A stretch of 9,345 nucleotides of DNA from IMG/VR virus record IMGVR_UViG_2545824708_000014; one strand, written 5' to 3'. The position numbers and the translations under genes are program-made. The notes beneath the pieces are model-generated. The model had not been told where the DNA came from and ran no database searches. It saw only the letters and a program-made list of their open reading frames with translations. Positions 9,028 to 9,345 of the stretch are shown one piece after another (within the stretch, counting starts at the first letter, position 1; every line of letters starts with the position of its first letter). The DNA comes from a virus. Taxonomy: Duplodnaviria > Heunggongvirae > Uroviricota > Caudoviricetes.

Positions 9028-9345
9028 TCTTACCCAGCAATAGTGGACACGCGGCTAAGTGAGTAAACTCTCAGTCAGAGGTGACTCACATGACAAAAAC
9101 AGTATCAACCAGTAAAAAACCCCGTAAACAGCATTCGCCTGAATTTCGCAGTGAAGCCCTGAAGCTTGCTGAACGCATCGGTGTTACTGCCGCAGCCCGT
9201 GAACTCAGCCTGTATGAATCACAGCTCTACAACTGGCGCAGTAAACAGCAAAATCAGCAGACGTCTTCTGAACGTGAACTGGAGATGTCTACCGAGATTG
9301 CACGTCTCAAACGCCAGCTGGCAGAACGGGATGAAGAGCTGGCTA
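9025..9345 (+). mobile_element. IS3 (IS3 family) left end: terminal inverted repeat plus the 5' part of orfA; the element continues beyond the window
   Basis: Sequence from 9025, TGATCTTACCCAGCAATAGTGGACACGCGGCTAAGTGAGTAAACTCTCAGTCAGAGGTGACTCACATG, matches the IS3 left end as I recall it, and runs directly into the orfA start. Confidence 0.85.
9090..9345 (+). CDS. insE: IS3 transposase OrfA (InsE-like, helix-turn-helix), 3'-partial at window edge
   Basis: Translation MTKTVSTSKKPRKQHSPEFRSEALKLAERIGVTAAARELSLYESQLYNWRSKQQNQQTSSERELEMSTEIARLKRQLAERDEELA matches my recollection of IS3 InsE. SD GAGGTG precedes the ATG. No stop occurs before the window ends. Confidence 0.9.
   Translation, partial: MTKTVSTSKKPRKQHSPEFRSEALKLAERIGVTAAARELSLYESQLYNWRSKQQNQQTSSERELEMSTEIARLKRQLAERDEELA

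Overview
This window is an IS-bracketed remnant of an HK97-like siphophage head/packaging module, read entirely on the minus strand. Gene order from high to low coordinate is HNH endonuclease, small terminase (P27-type), large terminase, small 2-TM membrane protein, portal, prohead protease, major capsid protein, small Lys-rich protein, gp6-like head-tail connector, head-closure protein, HK97 gp10-like neck protein and a tail-terminator-like gene. The last gene is cut at its 3' end by an IS3-family element (IS911-like, from my recollection of its terminal sequence) occupying 1..~582. No tail, lysis, integration, replication or regulatory genes are present. On the other side, upstream of the HNH gene, the sequence switches abruptly to AT-rich DNA carrying one 111-aa acidic orphan ORF and a short ORF whose stop codon is supplied by the first three bases of an IS3 copy (terminal repeat from 9025, insE-like orfA from 9090). 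Both IS elements run in the same orientation but are different family members. All family assignments come from reading the translated ORFs and recalled motifs; no database search was run. I did not find a recognisable novel defence or toxin system; the most open items are the AT-rich islet and the question of whether the head-only module is an eroded prophage or a capsid-forming satellite.
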